Source: Selaginella moellendorffii
Taxonomy: Eukaryota > Plantae > Lycopodiophyta
Direction of reading: 5' to 3'
Length of the DNA stretch: 64,000 nucleotides
Assembly (NCBI RefSeq): GCF_000143415.4
Contig: NW_003314279.1
Span: 916,091 to 980,090, forward strand
Shown: positions 46,683-58,283 of the stretch, piece after piece
Position numbering within the stretch: position 1 is the stretch's first letter
How the letters are laid out: the number at the start of each line of letters is the position of its first letter
The notes under the pieces: generated by a model
What the model saw: only the letters and a program-made list of their open reading frames with translations
Told to the model about the DNA's origin: nothing
Databases searched by the model: none
Translations under genes and position numbers: made by a program

Positions 46683-48839
46683 ATGGCGAGGATGAAGAAG
46701 GATGTCTGCACTGGCACCAGCAGTAGCAGTAGCAATAGCAGCAGCGGCAGAAGTAGCAGCAGTTTCAGTCACAGCGGCAGAAGTATCATCAAGAACAACA
46801 CGAGCAAGAGTTGCAAGGATGTCCCGCACCACCAGGGGCAGCAGCAAGGAAAAGACGGGGGGGAGGAGGAAGATCAGCGGGAGCAGCAGCCATTCTCGTT
46901 TCCCAGGCTATTCAAGATCGAGGACGAAGACGAGGGGGAGCGCGACGATCCAGTGACGAAGAAGGGAATGTACATCGACATGGATATCGCCTTGCCGTGC
47001 GCGTGGGAGAGCATGAAGCGCCAGGGGTCGTCAAAGTCCTCGTCGGTGGACTCGCAGGAGTTTGATTTCGGCAAGTGCTTGCGGGGCTTGGATCCCGCGG
47101 TTGACACTCCGGCCGACGAGCTCTTCTACAAGGGACAGCTTCTTCCACTCCATCGCAAACTCAGGGACGAGGACGAGGACGAGGAGGATGTGGATGACGA
47201 ACAGGACGACGAAGAACAAGCTATGGTGAGAGAGGAGGACGCAAAGGCGGATTCTTTCTCGTTCAAGGCCCAAGGTGGTCTTTTGAAAGACTTGGGATGC
47301 TTGAGCCCGGACAGGTTCCCGACGCGCGAGGAGGCCACCGCTTGCGGCCTGATCGATTCCAGAAGCTCCAGCTTCCGCTCCAGCAGCAGCTACTGGGATT
47401 CCGGGGACAAGGACAGCGGCGACAGCAGTAGCAGCTGCCGTGACTCCAACGGGAGTTCTCAAGACTCTTGCTTCGAAGCTCCGGCACAAGGTACGAGTTC
47501 TACTGCCGCTGCTGCTTCTTCTACTTGTATTAGCGGCGCTCCAGTCGTCCATCCAAAGAACGAGGAAGAGAAGAAGAAGCAGAGCAAGTTCTCGTCCTCG
47601 TCTCCCTTGAGTTGGAAGAGGAGTGCGTTCAAATGGAAGGTTCTGCTGGGAGGCGCCTCCTCGCCCTCCTCCTCCAAGAGGGCCTCCCTGTCCGCCTCCT
47701 CGTCCTGCTCTTCCACCTCGTCGGCCTCGTCCGCATCGAGAGGTGTCCACTTGAGCGACCGGAGGAGGAATCACTCCTTCACTTACGGCTCCTCGGCACC
47801 AACGTCGTCGTCAAACTCGGGCCCGTTGCTCGGCTCGTTCTTCACGGGCAGTGACAGACCGAGGCAGCAGCAGCAGCAGCAGCAGCAGTACAGGCACTCG
47901 GTGTTGTCCTCCTCGGCTGGGAAGAACTTGCAGCAACTGAGTTCCTCCTCGTCTCACCACAGCAGCTTTAGAGACGTGAGCAGCAGCAGCAGTAGCGGTG
48001 GTGGCAATGCCGCATCGTCGAGCAAAGCCACCGAAGTCCTCCAAAAGTACTTGAAGTTCATCAAGGAGAAGGTCTCGTCCGCCAACAACACCATCCCAGC
48101 GGGCGGCTCGATCTCCACGCCGCCGTACTACCTCTACCCGTACTCGTCGTCGTCATCGTCGCAGAGGAAGCACGAGTGTGGAGCTTTCCTGCCAGCGTCG
48201 TCGTCGTCCTCGAGGGCAGGAACTCCGAGGCCGGGTGGTGGCGGTGGTGGCGGAGGTGGTGGCGGCGGAGGCGGCGCTCACCAGCGCTCTTTCGAAGAGT
48301 GGCGGGCCGCCATGACGTACTACGAGCAGCAGCGCGAGCAGCACGACAAGGAGCTCATTACGTGCCCGTCGTTCCTCCCGGGGAGCCTCCGGGTGTCGTC
48401 CTTCTCGTCCCGGAGATCTAGCACGCATGCCAGCTGCGTCACCTCGTCGCGCTCCTCGCCAAACCACAGCGGCGTGCTCAAGCAGCAGTGCGTCGTGGAT
48501 GGCGGTGGCGCTAGCGCTGCCAGTGGAAACGGTGGAAACGGTGGAAATGGTGGCAGCGCCAGCAGCAGCAGCAGCAGCAGCACCGCCAGTGCCGGCAGCA
48601 GTGGCAGCAGCAGCATGAGCGACTTGCAGAGCGCTATCCAGGGCGCCATTGCTCACTGCAAAAAGTCTCAAACGTCCAGTACGCTGCTCCACCACCATCT
48701 TCGTCAATCACACCACCACCAGAGCCAGCACCAATCCGGTCCTCTCTTGCTCGTGGAGCCAACCAGATCATCGCCACCCTCGTCTCAGACCCCAGCAGGA
48801 GCGATCGAGCAGCAAATCTTTCTCAAGCAAAACAACTGA
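46683..48839 (+). CDS. BKI1 / membrane-associated kinase regulator (MAKR)-like protein
   Basis: PADELFYKGQLLPLH and C-terminal SMSDLQSAIQGAIAHCKKS motifs in a Ser/Gly/Gln low-complexity background; first ATG 46683. Confidence 0.85.
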   Translation: MARMKKDVCTGTSSSSSNSSSGRSSSSFSHSGRSIIKNNTSKSCKDVPHHQGQQQGKDGGEEEDQREQQPFSFPRLFKIEDEDEGERDDPVTKKGMYIDMDIALPCAWESMKRQGSSKSSSVDSQEFDFGKCLRGLDPAVDTPADELFYKGQLLPLHRKLRDEDEDEEDVDDEQDDEEQAMVREEDAKADSFSFKAQGGLLKDLGCLSPDRFPTREEATACGLIDSRSSSFRSSSSYWDSGDKDSGDSSSSCRDSNGSSQDSCFEAPAQGTSSTAAAASSTCISGAPVVHPKNEEEKKKQSKFSSSSPLSWKRSAFKWKVLLGGASSPSSSKRASLSASSSCSSTSSASSASRGVHLSDRRRNHSFTYGSSAPTSSSNSGPLLGSFFTGSDRPRQQQQQQQQYRHSVLSSSAGKNLQQLSSSSSHHSSFRDVSSSSSSGGGNAASSSKATEVLQKYLKFIKEKVSSANNTIPAGGSISTPPYYLYPYSSSSSSQRKHECGAFLPASSSSSRAGTPRPGGGGGGGGGGGGGGAHQRSFEEWRAAMTYYEQQREQHDKELITCPSFLPGSLRVSSFSSRRSSTHASCVTSSRSSPNHSGVLKQQCVVDGGGASAASGNGGNGGNGGSASSSSSSSTASAGSSGSSSMSDLQSAIQGAIAHCKKSQTSSTLLHHHLRQSHHHQSQHQSGPLLLVEPTRSSPPSSQTPAGAIEQQIFLKQNN

Positions 48840-49310
48840 CTACACGAAAAAAAGAAAGAAATCTAGAGATTTGTAGGTACGTACATATGAATGGGATTGA
48901 ATGAATATATTAAAGAGTCTGGCTATGGATCTTTTGTATATGGAGAAAAGCTGTGATTGTCTGAAGCTATATAGAAATAAAAAGCCCACCTTGGGAGACA
49001 CTCAGATCGTTTGCTTTCTTTCGCTGGGTCCACTCCTCTCGCAGCACCAGACCACTTTGCTCATCACCTTCACCGTCATCGCCATCTTTCTAGCTGGCCG
49101 ATGGATCGAAAGCTCTTCTGGCGAGGATCTGACACAAAGAAGATGCACTAGAACAACCTCAGCACTTGTTATTTACACAGCAGCGCTCCAATTTGTCTCT
49201 CTCACTCAATCGTCTCTTGCTCTCTCTCTCTTTCTTTTCACTCCCTCGCTGGTACAAAATTGATGTACTAACCTCCCCGGTGTTTTTCCTCCGTGTTGTT
49301 TGTTTGCTTC

Positions 49311-52300
49311 CTAGTCCTCCATGAAGATATCTCCCGCCCCACCACGTCCCTTTCGCAGGTCCTCGCGAATTTCCTCCTCTCTCTCCTTTAACTCCTTTAC
49401 CATTGCCTGGATTTGCAGCAGTTCCCGCTCCAGCCTCTTAAACTTGGACGGGTCAGCTTGCTGCTGCTGCTGCTGCTTCTTTGTTGCAACGCCGTTGACG
49501 TGAATCTCAGCGGTGCCGTTTGCGACGCAGTCGAAAGAATGCCCGTTGTCCATCGTCGTCACCATCGTCCCTGCGTTTTTCCCGCTGGCCAGATAGCTAT
49601 CCAGTTGCTTGGACGCGGCCAGTATCAGCCCTGGCAATATTCGAGGCGCATTGACAAGGTGGATGGAAACGTAACGCCAACTTACCCAGGAAAACGGGGG
49701 ATGGCTTCCCCGGTCGCGACTTAAACTCGGGATGAAACTGCACACCCACAAAGTACTTGTGTTCTGGCAGCTCGACAATCTGGAAAGCGGTGGGGTGTGA
49801 GTTATGAACAAACTGGAGAGCAGGACTGACTCACTGACTCACCTCCATGCGCCTGCCAGTCTCGTCTTTGCCGACGAACGTGAGGCCGGCTTCCTCGAGC
49901 CTGTCAACAAGCTCCGGGTTTACCTGTACAGATTGGAAGCAATGGTACAAAGAGACAGATGGTTAAAGCTTACCTCGTAACGATGTCGATGTCGCTCATC
50001 CACAAAAGACTCGTTACCGTACCTGGACAAAGAAAGTTTAGCATGCTGTTACGAACGAGTAAACAATTGGCTTACAGCTTAGATGTAAGACAGTTTGGCG
50101 TCTGAAAGAATGTCCTCCTCACACCCAGCCTCATCGTTCCACCTTTGTGAGTCCTAGATATCTACAGGAAGTATTTAAATCGCATGCTAATGAGAGAAAT
50201 AATATATATACCTCAGGCATGTACAGAACACATGGATGCGGTGTTGCAGGATCAAACTCAGTGCTATTCGCGCCGTCGAGGCCAAGGACCTAGTGGACCA
50301 GTGAAAAAACAACAATTAGAAGATTAAAAAATTACTTGTAACTTACTGAGCGTGCAAACTCAATCACTGCAATTTGCATGCCGAGGCAAACTCCAAGGTA
50401 AGGAACATTGTTTTCTCGAGCATATTTTGCAGCCAAAACCTTCCCTTGTGTTCCTCGATCTCCAAATCCTCCAGGAACCAGAATACCATCAACACTCTAA
50501 GAAAACACTATCAAGACCAAAAAATACTCAAGACAAACAACGACACAAACTTTTAACGCGGCCCATGCGGCATCATGTAAGTCTCTGGGCGAACCATCCT
50601 CCAAGTCCGTTGACGCAACCCACTCAATCACTAATTTTCTCCCACAGGCAAGCGACGCATGTGTAAGAGCCTGCAATGCTTTGATGAGATTAGATAGATG
50701 ATCAACAAATACCTTTAGAACAGAAAGATAGGAGTCAGATAATCCAGTGTACTTGCCAACCATACCAATCTTGACCTACAAAAATCACATCTTTTAGCTT
50801 ACAAGCTAGCATCTGGCGACAAAGATAGTTAACAGGTATCGATAGGGCGTCTGATCGCTCGGCTCTCTGTGTCCACTCAGACAGCTCAGGCTGCGGTGCA
50901 GAACTGGGATAAAGTAAAGACAAATTAGCCACGAATGATCTAACAATCACACGTCCAAACCTCAGGTTCAGCTTTTTCAAAATAGCTAGATGAACATTTT
51001 GATCCTACAACAGAACGTAGTTAGCATTCCTGAAATGAAGAAAGCAATCCTTACTCTTAGTAGTAAAGGCACATGCCAGATATTTGACACGTCGTGGATA
51101 CTGAGTATATGTCCGGCCTGAAAGAAACAAAGAAAGGGAGAAAAAGTTTTTAGAAAGCTGGACAAGACAGTGAACATAAAAAGACGCACCGGAACGTGGC
51201 AAAATTGCGAAAGCTTTTCCCTTGTGCACTGCTCCAGTGGCTACAGAGAAACTTTTAAACCGTTTGAATAAAGCTGACCCATGCTAAGGCTGAAGTTTGT
51301 TACCTTCGCGCTTCTACACCCAAGTAAATCGGGCGTCAGTCCTAAAGCTCGAAGAGCCTGGACGCTATGCTGTGTCGGTTTGGTTTTCTGAAAGCGATCA
51401 AAATATTTTTCTTCAGCGATAGCTTTCAGAAGACAACATCGTTACCTGTTCTCCAACAACACCGAGGACAGGGATAAGACTGACGTGAACGAGGCAGAAA
51501 TTCTCCTGTCCTGTTGAAACAGCAAAACGTAGAAACTGCGTAAAAAGCAATCCCGTCTTGCAGAAAGCCGACTTACCAACACGAAATTGGAACTGCCTTA
51601 ACGCCTCAACAAATGGCGACGACTCGATGTCACCTGTACACGCGAGTCACAACACGAGAAATCATGAGAAAGGCCGAACTCACCAATTGTTCCCCCTAGC
51701 TCGATCACGCACACGTCCGCTGCACCTTCTTTCCCATCGACAGGCACAACCGCGACACGTTCGATCCACTCTTGGATCTCGACAGTTATATGCGGGACAA
51801 CCTTGCAAAACAATCCATTGGCCACTTGAAAAGGAATGCAAACTTACAAAGTCACGCTCACCTGAACGGTCTTCCCAAGGTAATCGCCCCTCCTTTCGGC
51901 ATCGATGACGGACTGCCAGACGCAGCCAAGTTTCGTGAAAAACCAAAAGCAATAGACTTTGATACCTGGTAGATTTTTCCAGTGGTGATGTTGTTGTTCT
52001 TCGTCAGAGTCACGTCCAAGAAGCGCTCGTAGTTCCCGAGGTCCAAATCCACCTGCATGTCACGAGGATTACATGGAAGGAGAGACCGAAATCTCATAGT
52101 GTGAAAGCAAGGACAACAAACGAACCTCTCCTCCATCGTCCAAAACGAAAACTTCCCCATGCTCGAACGGAGACATCGTCCCGGCATCGGTATTGAGATA
52201 AGGGTCTAGAAAGCATCGATGAGAAAGCCGCAATGAGATGAAACAACGATCCAAGAAGCGAGAATACGCACCGATTTTGATGGAAGTCACGCGCAGGCCG

Positions 52301-52389
52301 CAGGATTGGAGGACAACGCCAATGCTGCTGGCAGTGACGCCCTTGCCCAGGCCGCTGACAACACCGCCGGTGACGATCACGTATTTCAT
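49311..52389 (-). CDS. CTP synthase (many short exons)
   Basis: [75 protein letters not shown]. Confidence 0.97.
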
Positions 52390-53114
52390 CCTCGCAGCCG
52401 CCCTCCAAAAACCCTGCTTTTCGGCTATAGAACCCTAAATCAAAGAATGCGGTCCCTCCTCCCGGCAAAACCCCCTCTTTCAAACAAATATCTCTCTCTT
52501 TCAATCCTTTTTCTTTATTTTTTTTCTGTTTTTATTTCTTTCCAAGCTTGCCTCTTCGAGAACATCGATTCCGAATCGTCTCTTGTTTTTTCTGTCCCGT
52601 GCGATCGTTTTGTTTTAGGTGTGTTGACTGGCGACGACTTATTCTAACCTCGTCAGATAGTATAATGAAAAGAGATTAGTATTAGGCTTTTAAGCCAGCC
52701 TTTGTTCATAGGCCTTGCGACGTTCTTGTCTTGGGCCCTTCGCTCCAAAATGGACCTCCTCCTTAGATTTTCTCTCCGTCTCAGCGCGCTCCAGCTGCTC
52801 TAGAATCCATGCCTCTCTTCTTCTTTTTTTCTCTCGGCGAGTTCGGCCGTCTCTGCCTCGATCATCGCTTCAAATGCTGCTCTAGAGACGAATTAAAGAA
52901 CCTTCCTTCGAAAATAGTGTGACGATGGATCTCTCTCTGATCGCCTTCGTACAGTCTCCCGCATTGATCTCTCCTGATCCTGATCAGCACAAAATAAGTT
53001 TGATCGGTATTCTTTTCTCGTTTCCACCTTGCTCTTGTCCCTGCTCTTGCCAGGCAGGCTACGCTCGTCCTCAGAGACAGCTGCGAACTAAAAATCAAGA
53101 TCACGCTTCCGGAA

Positions 53115-53203
53115 AAAAGCTATAGACCTTGATACCTGGTAGATGTTCGTCACGTCTAAGAAGCGCTCGTCCGGATGTCCAAATCCACCTGCACATCACG
53201 AGG
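53115..53203 (-). pseudogene. Degenerate duplicate of a CTP synthase exon with flanking intron sequence
   Basis: Matches 51945-52068 (gatacctggtagat...aagcgctcgt...gtccaaatccacctgca...cacgagga) with deletions. Confidence 0.85.
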
Positions 53204-53381
53204 AGGATAGAAACGAAAACAAAAATTTATTGGTGTAGAGAAACAAACGTAAATACATTTATATAGAAAACCACACAACACAAACATGTATAGAAACCAT
53301 AGTAGTAAGGTGGACGCGGCTTATTTCTCGTTGCGCATGGATGGATTGTTTGCTAGATAGCGCAGTAGAGTTGACGATCCA

Positions 53382-54396
53382 CTAGATAGCGCGGGAGCGG
53401 TAGACCTGCTGGGGCACGATCTCGAACTTTCGCGCTTGATCCTGACCATTCTGCCGGAGCACGTAGCAATGGCAAGTGCCTCCGGTACAAGCATCCTGCC
53501 ATCCCGCATGTTGCATCATGAGCTTAATAATAGCGCCAATGTGGAAGCTCCAGCGGCTTGTAGAAGAGGCGATCAAGGTTGACGCGCTCATTCATCTCCC
53601 TCTGTGAGATGCAGTAGGCTGGAACAGCTCCACTTCCCATGGCACAGACATTCCTCTTCTCGATTTTGATGTCGTCTCCCAGTCCCACAATCGTCAGGAT
53701 TTCCTCGCTGCTGATGATGACTCCACCGTGCTGTGCAAGGTATTGTCGACGAGCACGGCGTGGCTCGTCGGCGGAGTTGGAGGCCGCAAGCATCTTCTCC
53801 ACCACCCTAACCTTGGCGACGTGGCCTCCAAAGACGGCCCAGAGCGTCCCGTTCGCGATCGGGATCGCCTTCGCCCTTTTGTCGTCGATCACTGGCGGGA
53901 GAAGATCTTCCCAGGACCTCACTCCAAGGAACTGCAGAAACCCGGCGATGCTTTCGATCTGGTTGAGCTCGGCCACAGCGGCAAGACCGGCTGCGAGACG
54001 CTGGAGCAGCGTGAAGGGAAGAAGGCCTTTCGAATTCGAGACCACGGTGGCGAACCATTTCTGGCCAAGGATGACGCTGGGATCGCTTCCAAGATAAACA
54101 CCCCACAAGGGAGGCGAGCGAGTGGCGCGGCCATCGACAAACAGCATCGGTCCTCCGAGGAACCGGCGAGCCAAGATCGTGGTGCCCGTCGTCCGCAAAG
54201 CAACTCCTCCTCCAGCGCTCACCTCGCTCACGAATCCGCTGGCGCTGCCGTTGCCGTCGGCCGCGATCCCCCGATCACATCCTCCCTGCGCTGCGAGGAG
54301 AGGCGAAAGAGGGAAATCGAGGACGTGAGGAACGAACATGCGAGGCGCTGCGCAGCGCCGGTGCCGGATCGCTGTGGGGAAGGAGAGAACCGCCAT
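53382..54396 (-). CDS. Divergent intronless proteasome beta-subunit-like (Ntn hydrolase) gene with one frameshift near 53550
   Basis: TG|TTILARRFLGGPMLFVDGRAT, CAMGSG and, in a shifted frame, QHAGWQDACTGGTCHCYVLRQNG. Confidence 0.65.
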
Positions 54397-54711
54397 GGAG
54401 AGATGAAAAGAAGGAAGATTTCTCGCGCTGGAGAGCAAGAGAGAAGACGAAAACCCTAGCTAGAGCTCGCTGGAGCGCAAGACGCAAAGATGTGGCCTAG
54501 GATTCATGAACCTGGAACTTCAAACGTGAGAATATTCGCTCATTCCTACGCCCGTTCTGTACCAACGACTATTTCGTACATATCCTGGATAGTTAGTTAT
54601 GCCTTTTCTGACAAAATATTCTAAGAATATGTGTACCTAATTTAGGTCTATTAAACCTAATTTGACCATGACCGGGAATATACAAGACTTTGACGGTAGT
54701 CAACGTAGGCG

Positions 54712-55968
54712 ATGGCTCACTTGAGCAGCCCCGGCGCCTTCGCTTCAGTGGATTCAATCCACAAGGATCTTGACACCTGCAGGGCGGCCATCCTGCGCCT
54801 CCGCCGCGTCAAGGGATTTGGAAAGTATAGGTTGGCGGACGACGAGCGCCTGCAGGCTTGGTTTCCCGCAACACAATCGCATCTGGAGCTTCAGGCCGAT
54901 GCGGGCAGCCGCCTCGGCGTCTCCCGTCCCGTCTCCTACATCGGCGGCTTCCTGCTCCTGGAGATGGAGCGCGAGAACGAGATACGCCTGGCGCTGAAAC
55001 CCATGGACAGTCAAGGATCCGGAAAGCTGGTCTCGTTGCTGCCACCACTTCACGCACCTCCCAGGCTCCAGCACGCGGCCACCAGTGCTGCTTACAGAAT
55101 GCATGTCGATGCCACGTTCCCGTTCTGGCGTATCTCGGCCATGGAGAGGATCGATGCATTGTTCAGCATCAGCAGCAGTCTTCCATGGGTGGCAACCATC
55201 GACGGCCTCGCCGAGACGTGGGCTGTCCACGAGGGGATCCAGGCGGATATGGTTCCCAGGCACGTCCCCGGCTACGCAGGCCTGAGCCTGGATTCGTGCG
55301 CCTACTTCTCGAGGCGAACCGGCGACGACGAGGTCAGCCTCTTCATCTACGACATGATCAATTGTCCGAGATGGTCAGTGCTCACGGTTCCGGCTCCCGA
55401 ACGCCACATGGAACAGGCCCAGCAGACAACATCGCACAAGTTCTTCTCGTACAAGGGGCGCCTGCTCTTGGCATGCGTTTCGTGCAGCTGCTTCTGGGCG
55501 TCGCCTTTGCTGGAGGTGTGGGAGTTCTGCCCCGTGAAGAGGCACTGGTACAGGAGGAGCACGCCGTTTGCGATGGCTGGATGCAAGGCCGCCCGTCGCC
55601 ACCGGGGTCTTGCTAAAACCAGGAGCAGTCGAGTGAAGAGCTCGAGCGATGTCTTCCTTGAAAGGCATCCCGATGGTATCGAGTCGTATGGCATCGAGTC
55701 GTGGAGAGCCGTGCATGGCCGGAACGCCGCGGTCTTCAAGCTGGATGGCAACTTCCTCATTGCGTTTCCTCACAGGACTAGCGCGCGGCCCATACAGGAC
55801 GCGAATTCTCGCGAGAGGGTGAGGGTGGACCGGGACTTTGTGGATCCGGACTCTTATATAAGACATGACAAAGCGGCTTTTCTTCCAGTGGCATACAACT
55901 TGGACACGGACGAATGGATCAAGATGGCTGGCTATGACAGTGATTTTGTCTATGAGCTCGTCTGTTAA
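54712..55968 (+). CDS. Lineage-specific intronless protein with F-box-associated/kelch-like repeats
   Basis: 418-aa GC-rich ORF with FFSYKGRLLL...LEVWEF...W and LPVAYNLDTDEW; no clear F-box. Confidence 0.6.
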   Translation: MAHLSSPGAFASVDSIHKDLDTCRAAILRLRRVKGFGKYRLADDERLQAWFPATQSHLELQADAGSRLGVSRPVSYIGGFLLLEMERENEIRLALKPMDSQGSGKLVSLLPPLHAPPRLQHAATSAAYRMHVDATFPFWRISAMERIDALFSISSSLPWVATIDGLAETWAVHEGIQADMVPRHVPGYAGLSLDSCAYFSRRTGDDEVSLFIYDMINCPRWSVLTVPAPERHMEQAQQTTSHKFFSYKGRLLLACVSCSCFWASPLLEVWEFCPVKRHWYRRSTPFAMAGCKAARRHRGLAKTRSSRVKSSSDVFLERHPDGIESYGIESWRAVHGRNAAVFKLDGNFLIAFPHRTSARPIQDANSRERVRVDRDFVDPDSYIRHDKAAFLPVAYNLDTDEWIKMAGYDSDFVYELVC

Positions 55969-56025
55969 TCAAAGAAAATTCTCACTCTTCCTTGATACTA
56001 CGTAATATGTCGCTTTGATCGATCG

Positions 56026-57915
56026 TCAAAGAGCCGGGAGATTGAGAGACGGTGGCAGCAGCATCGCGATGGAGAACGTAAACAGCGCGATGATGGAGAT
56101 GGCCAGCCACGCCAGGAACTGGTGGAGTGGGAACGTCTGCCTCACAGCATACGACCAGATTGTGCCGCCAAAGGCCGGGCCGACGGCGCGGAAGAAGCTG
56201 CACAGGCTGTGGCTCAGCCCCATCACTGCTCCCATGTTCCCGGAGCTCGCCGAGTTGCTGATAAGGACCAAGACTCCGGTGAAAGTCGTGCACGCGATGG
56301 CGCTGCGAGCGGCCATTGCGACGGTGAGGAGCGTCCACTGCGCTGGCCGGGCGTGGGAGAGGAGCGATGCCGCCGGGAAGACGAGCCAGAGAGGGACCGA
56401 GGTGATCAGTCCCAGCAGGAAGCAGTTGAGAGGCCCGAGCTTCTGGGAGACGAGCGGATAGAGGAGGAGAGTGTAGAGGAAGAGGACGACTCCTCCCTCC
56501 CCGAGGATCAGTCCCAGGGAGGAGGAGCTCAGTCCCAGTCCTCCCACTCGCTCCGAGGCGGCTCCAAAGATCGGGAAGAGCTCATCTGGATAGAGAAGAA
56601 CCTTGAGATAGAACAACTCGAGAAAGTTGACGAACCTGTTGTGATGAATATCAGCCCTGTTAGCGAGTAGCAGAAGGACGTCAAGAGCACGTTCCGGTCT
56701 CTTAGCAGTGGCACAGTTCTGTTTTTGTCGTCGCTGGTTCCGTCCGGGATCACGACGAACTTTGTGCTCTCCTCTTCGTCGCCGGATTCAGTCACCTTGA
56801 TGCTCGGATCCGTGCCCATTTCGAGAACACACTGGTGGCAGTCTTCCTTGGGCTTTGAACCGTTCACCTGGACGTAAGGTACTCGGTTGGGCCTCGTCTC
56901 TCGCAAACTCAGGGAGGCAAAAACCGCAGCTGTCGAGAAGATAGCCGCAGCAACACAAGGGAGAAGGAAGGGGTAGCTTGTAAGGATACGAGGACAGCTC
57001 CGGATTCCATATTGTGAGCAAGGCTGAGCTAGGAGCCCGGATAAAACTGGGCCAGCGACCGAGCCAATTCCCCATGCCAAGTTCAATATGCCAAACCCCT
57101 TGGCTTTGTTCGACCTGTTGAGACGGAGCTGCGTGAGGACGCTGACTGTGACAACCAAAACTTTACTTACGTTACAACACGATGCTTACCCATCACAGAT
57201 TTCTCCAAGAACCGATTTTGTAATGGTCATTGTACCGTTGAGGAGACCGCCAACAAATCTTACAATACAGGCAGACGTGTATCGCTGGCATAAACCCAGC
57301 AACAGTGCGGAAACTGCAGAGACAATGTTTCCAAACGCAAGCCATGGCTGGAAAACAAAATCGTCAGTACATGAAAACTTTCCAGTTGAAGCCAACCTTT
57401 CTCCCTGTAGAATCCGACACGGTACCCCACAATATGGAGGTGCAAAACTGTGCCAGTGGGAAAAGAGAGGCCTAAAAAGAAATGAGACATCAGACATATC
57501 TTTACATGAGGCAGCAGCTACCAGGATCCCAGCATATTGCCCGGCTGTGTGAGAGGAGCGACTACCGACGTGATAGTGCTCGACCATGAAAACCAGCTGC
57601 ATAGAGCTCAAAGTAAGCACCGGAACCGTGTTTCAGTAAAAGCCTTACCATCGGGAACAACATGGTCGTCTGGAAAGCCTGACTTGCATGAATAATCCTA
57701 AAACCAAGAACAAGCACGAAAAGCAAGCTTCAGGAGCAGAACAGAACAGAAGATTTTCAGATGAAATTACCAGATCATGAAAAGCTCCCATCTGGAAGGA
57801 GACGGTTTAGCATCATGAACATCTTGACTAGAATCAAGAGGACAAACCTGGGAAGGGGTGTAGCCAGCTTGAAGCTAGACTTTTCGTTCGAGTGCTCAAG
57901 CTCCAAGTCCCCCAT
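56026..57915 (-). CDS. MFS transporter, ZINC-INDUCED-FACILITATOR-LIKE family
   Basis: TPLP|RWELFMIW, AGQYAGILVAA, RFVGGLLNGT...KSVLGEICD, AWGIGSVAGPVLSGLLAQP, YPFLLPC, GGLGLS, FFRAVGPAFGG. Confidence 0.9.
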
Positions 57916-58283
57916 CGATCAAGCCTCAATGAAGCTGCTAGAAGAAGCAGGCGCCACCTCCAAAGCGGACGATCATCACTGGCAAACAGAAGGACGCCAG
58001 ATGCGATGCATGCATGCAACCGGAGGCGGATGCTCTGGAGCAACCAAGCCAGCGCCAACCGCTTTGGGGAAGAAGACTGTTACTCTGTTTTGCAGTTTAC
58101 CATCTGCATTCACATGCGTAAAAAAGGAGACGTCGCATCGGTTAGGTCAATACCTTTGCGGTCACTCACGGGACGCCGCCATGCATTTCCCACGCCTCAA
58201 CAGGAAGACGTCAGCACACATACGTGAAAGTCTATTTACCGGGAGTTTTTTTTAAAGCGGGACACAGGCAACTCGCTCTTCTT

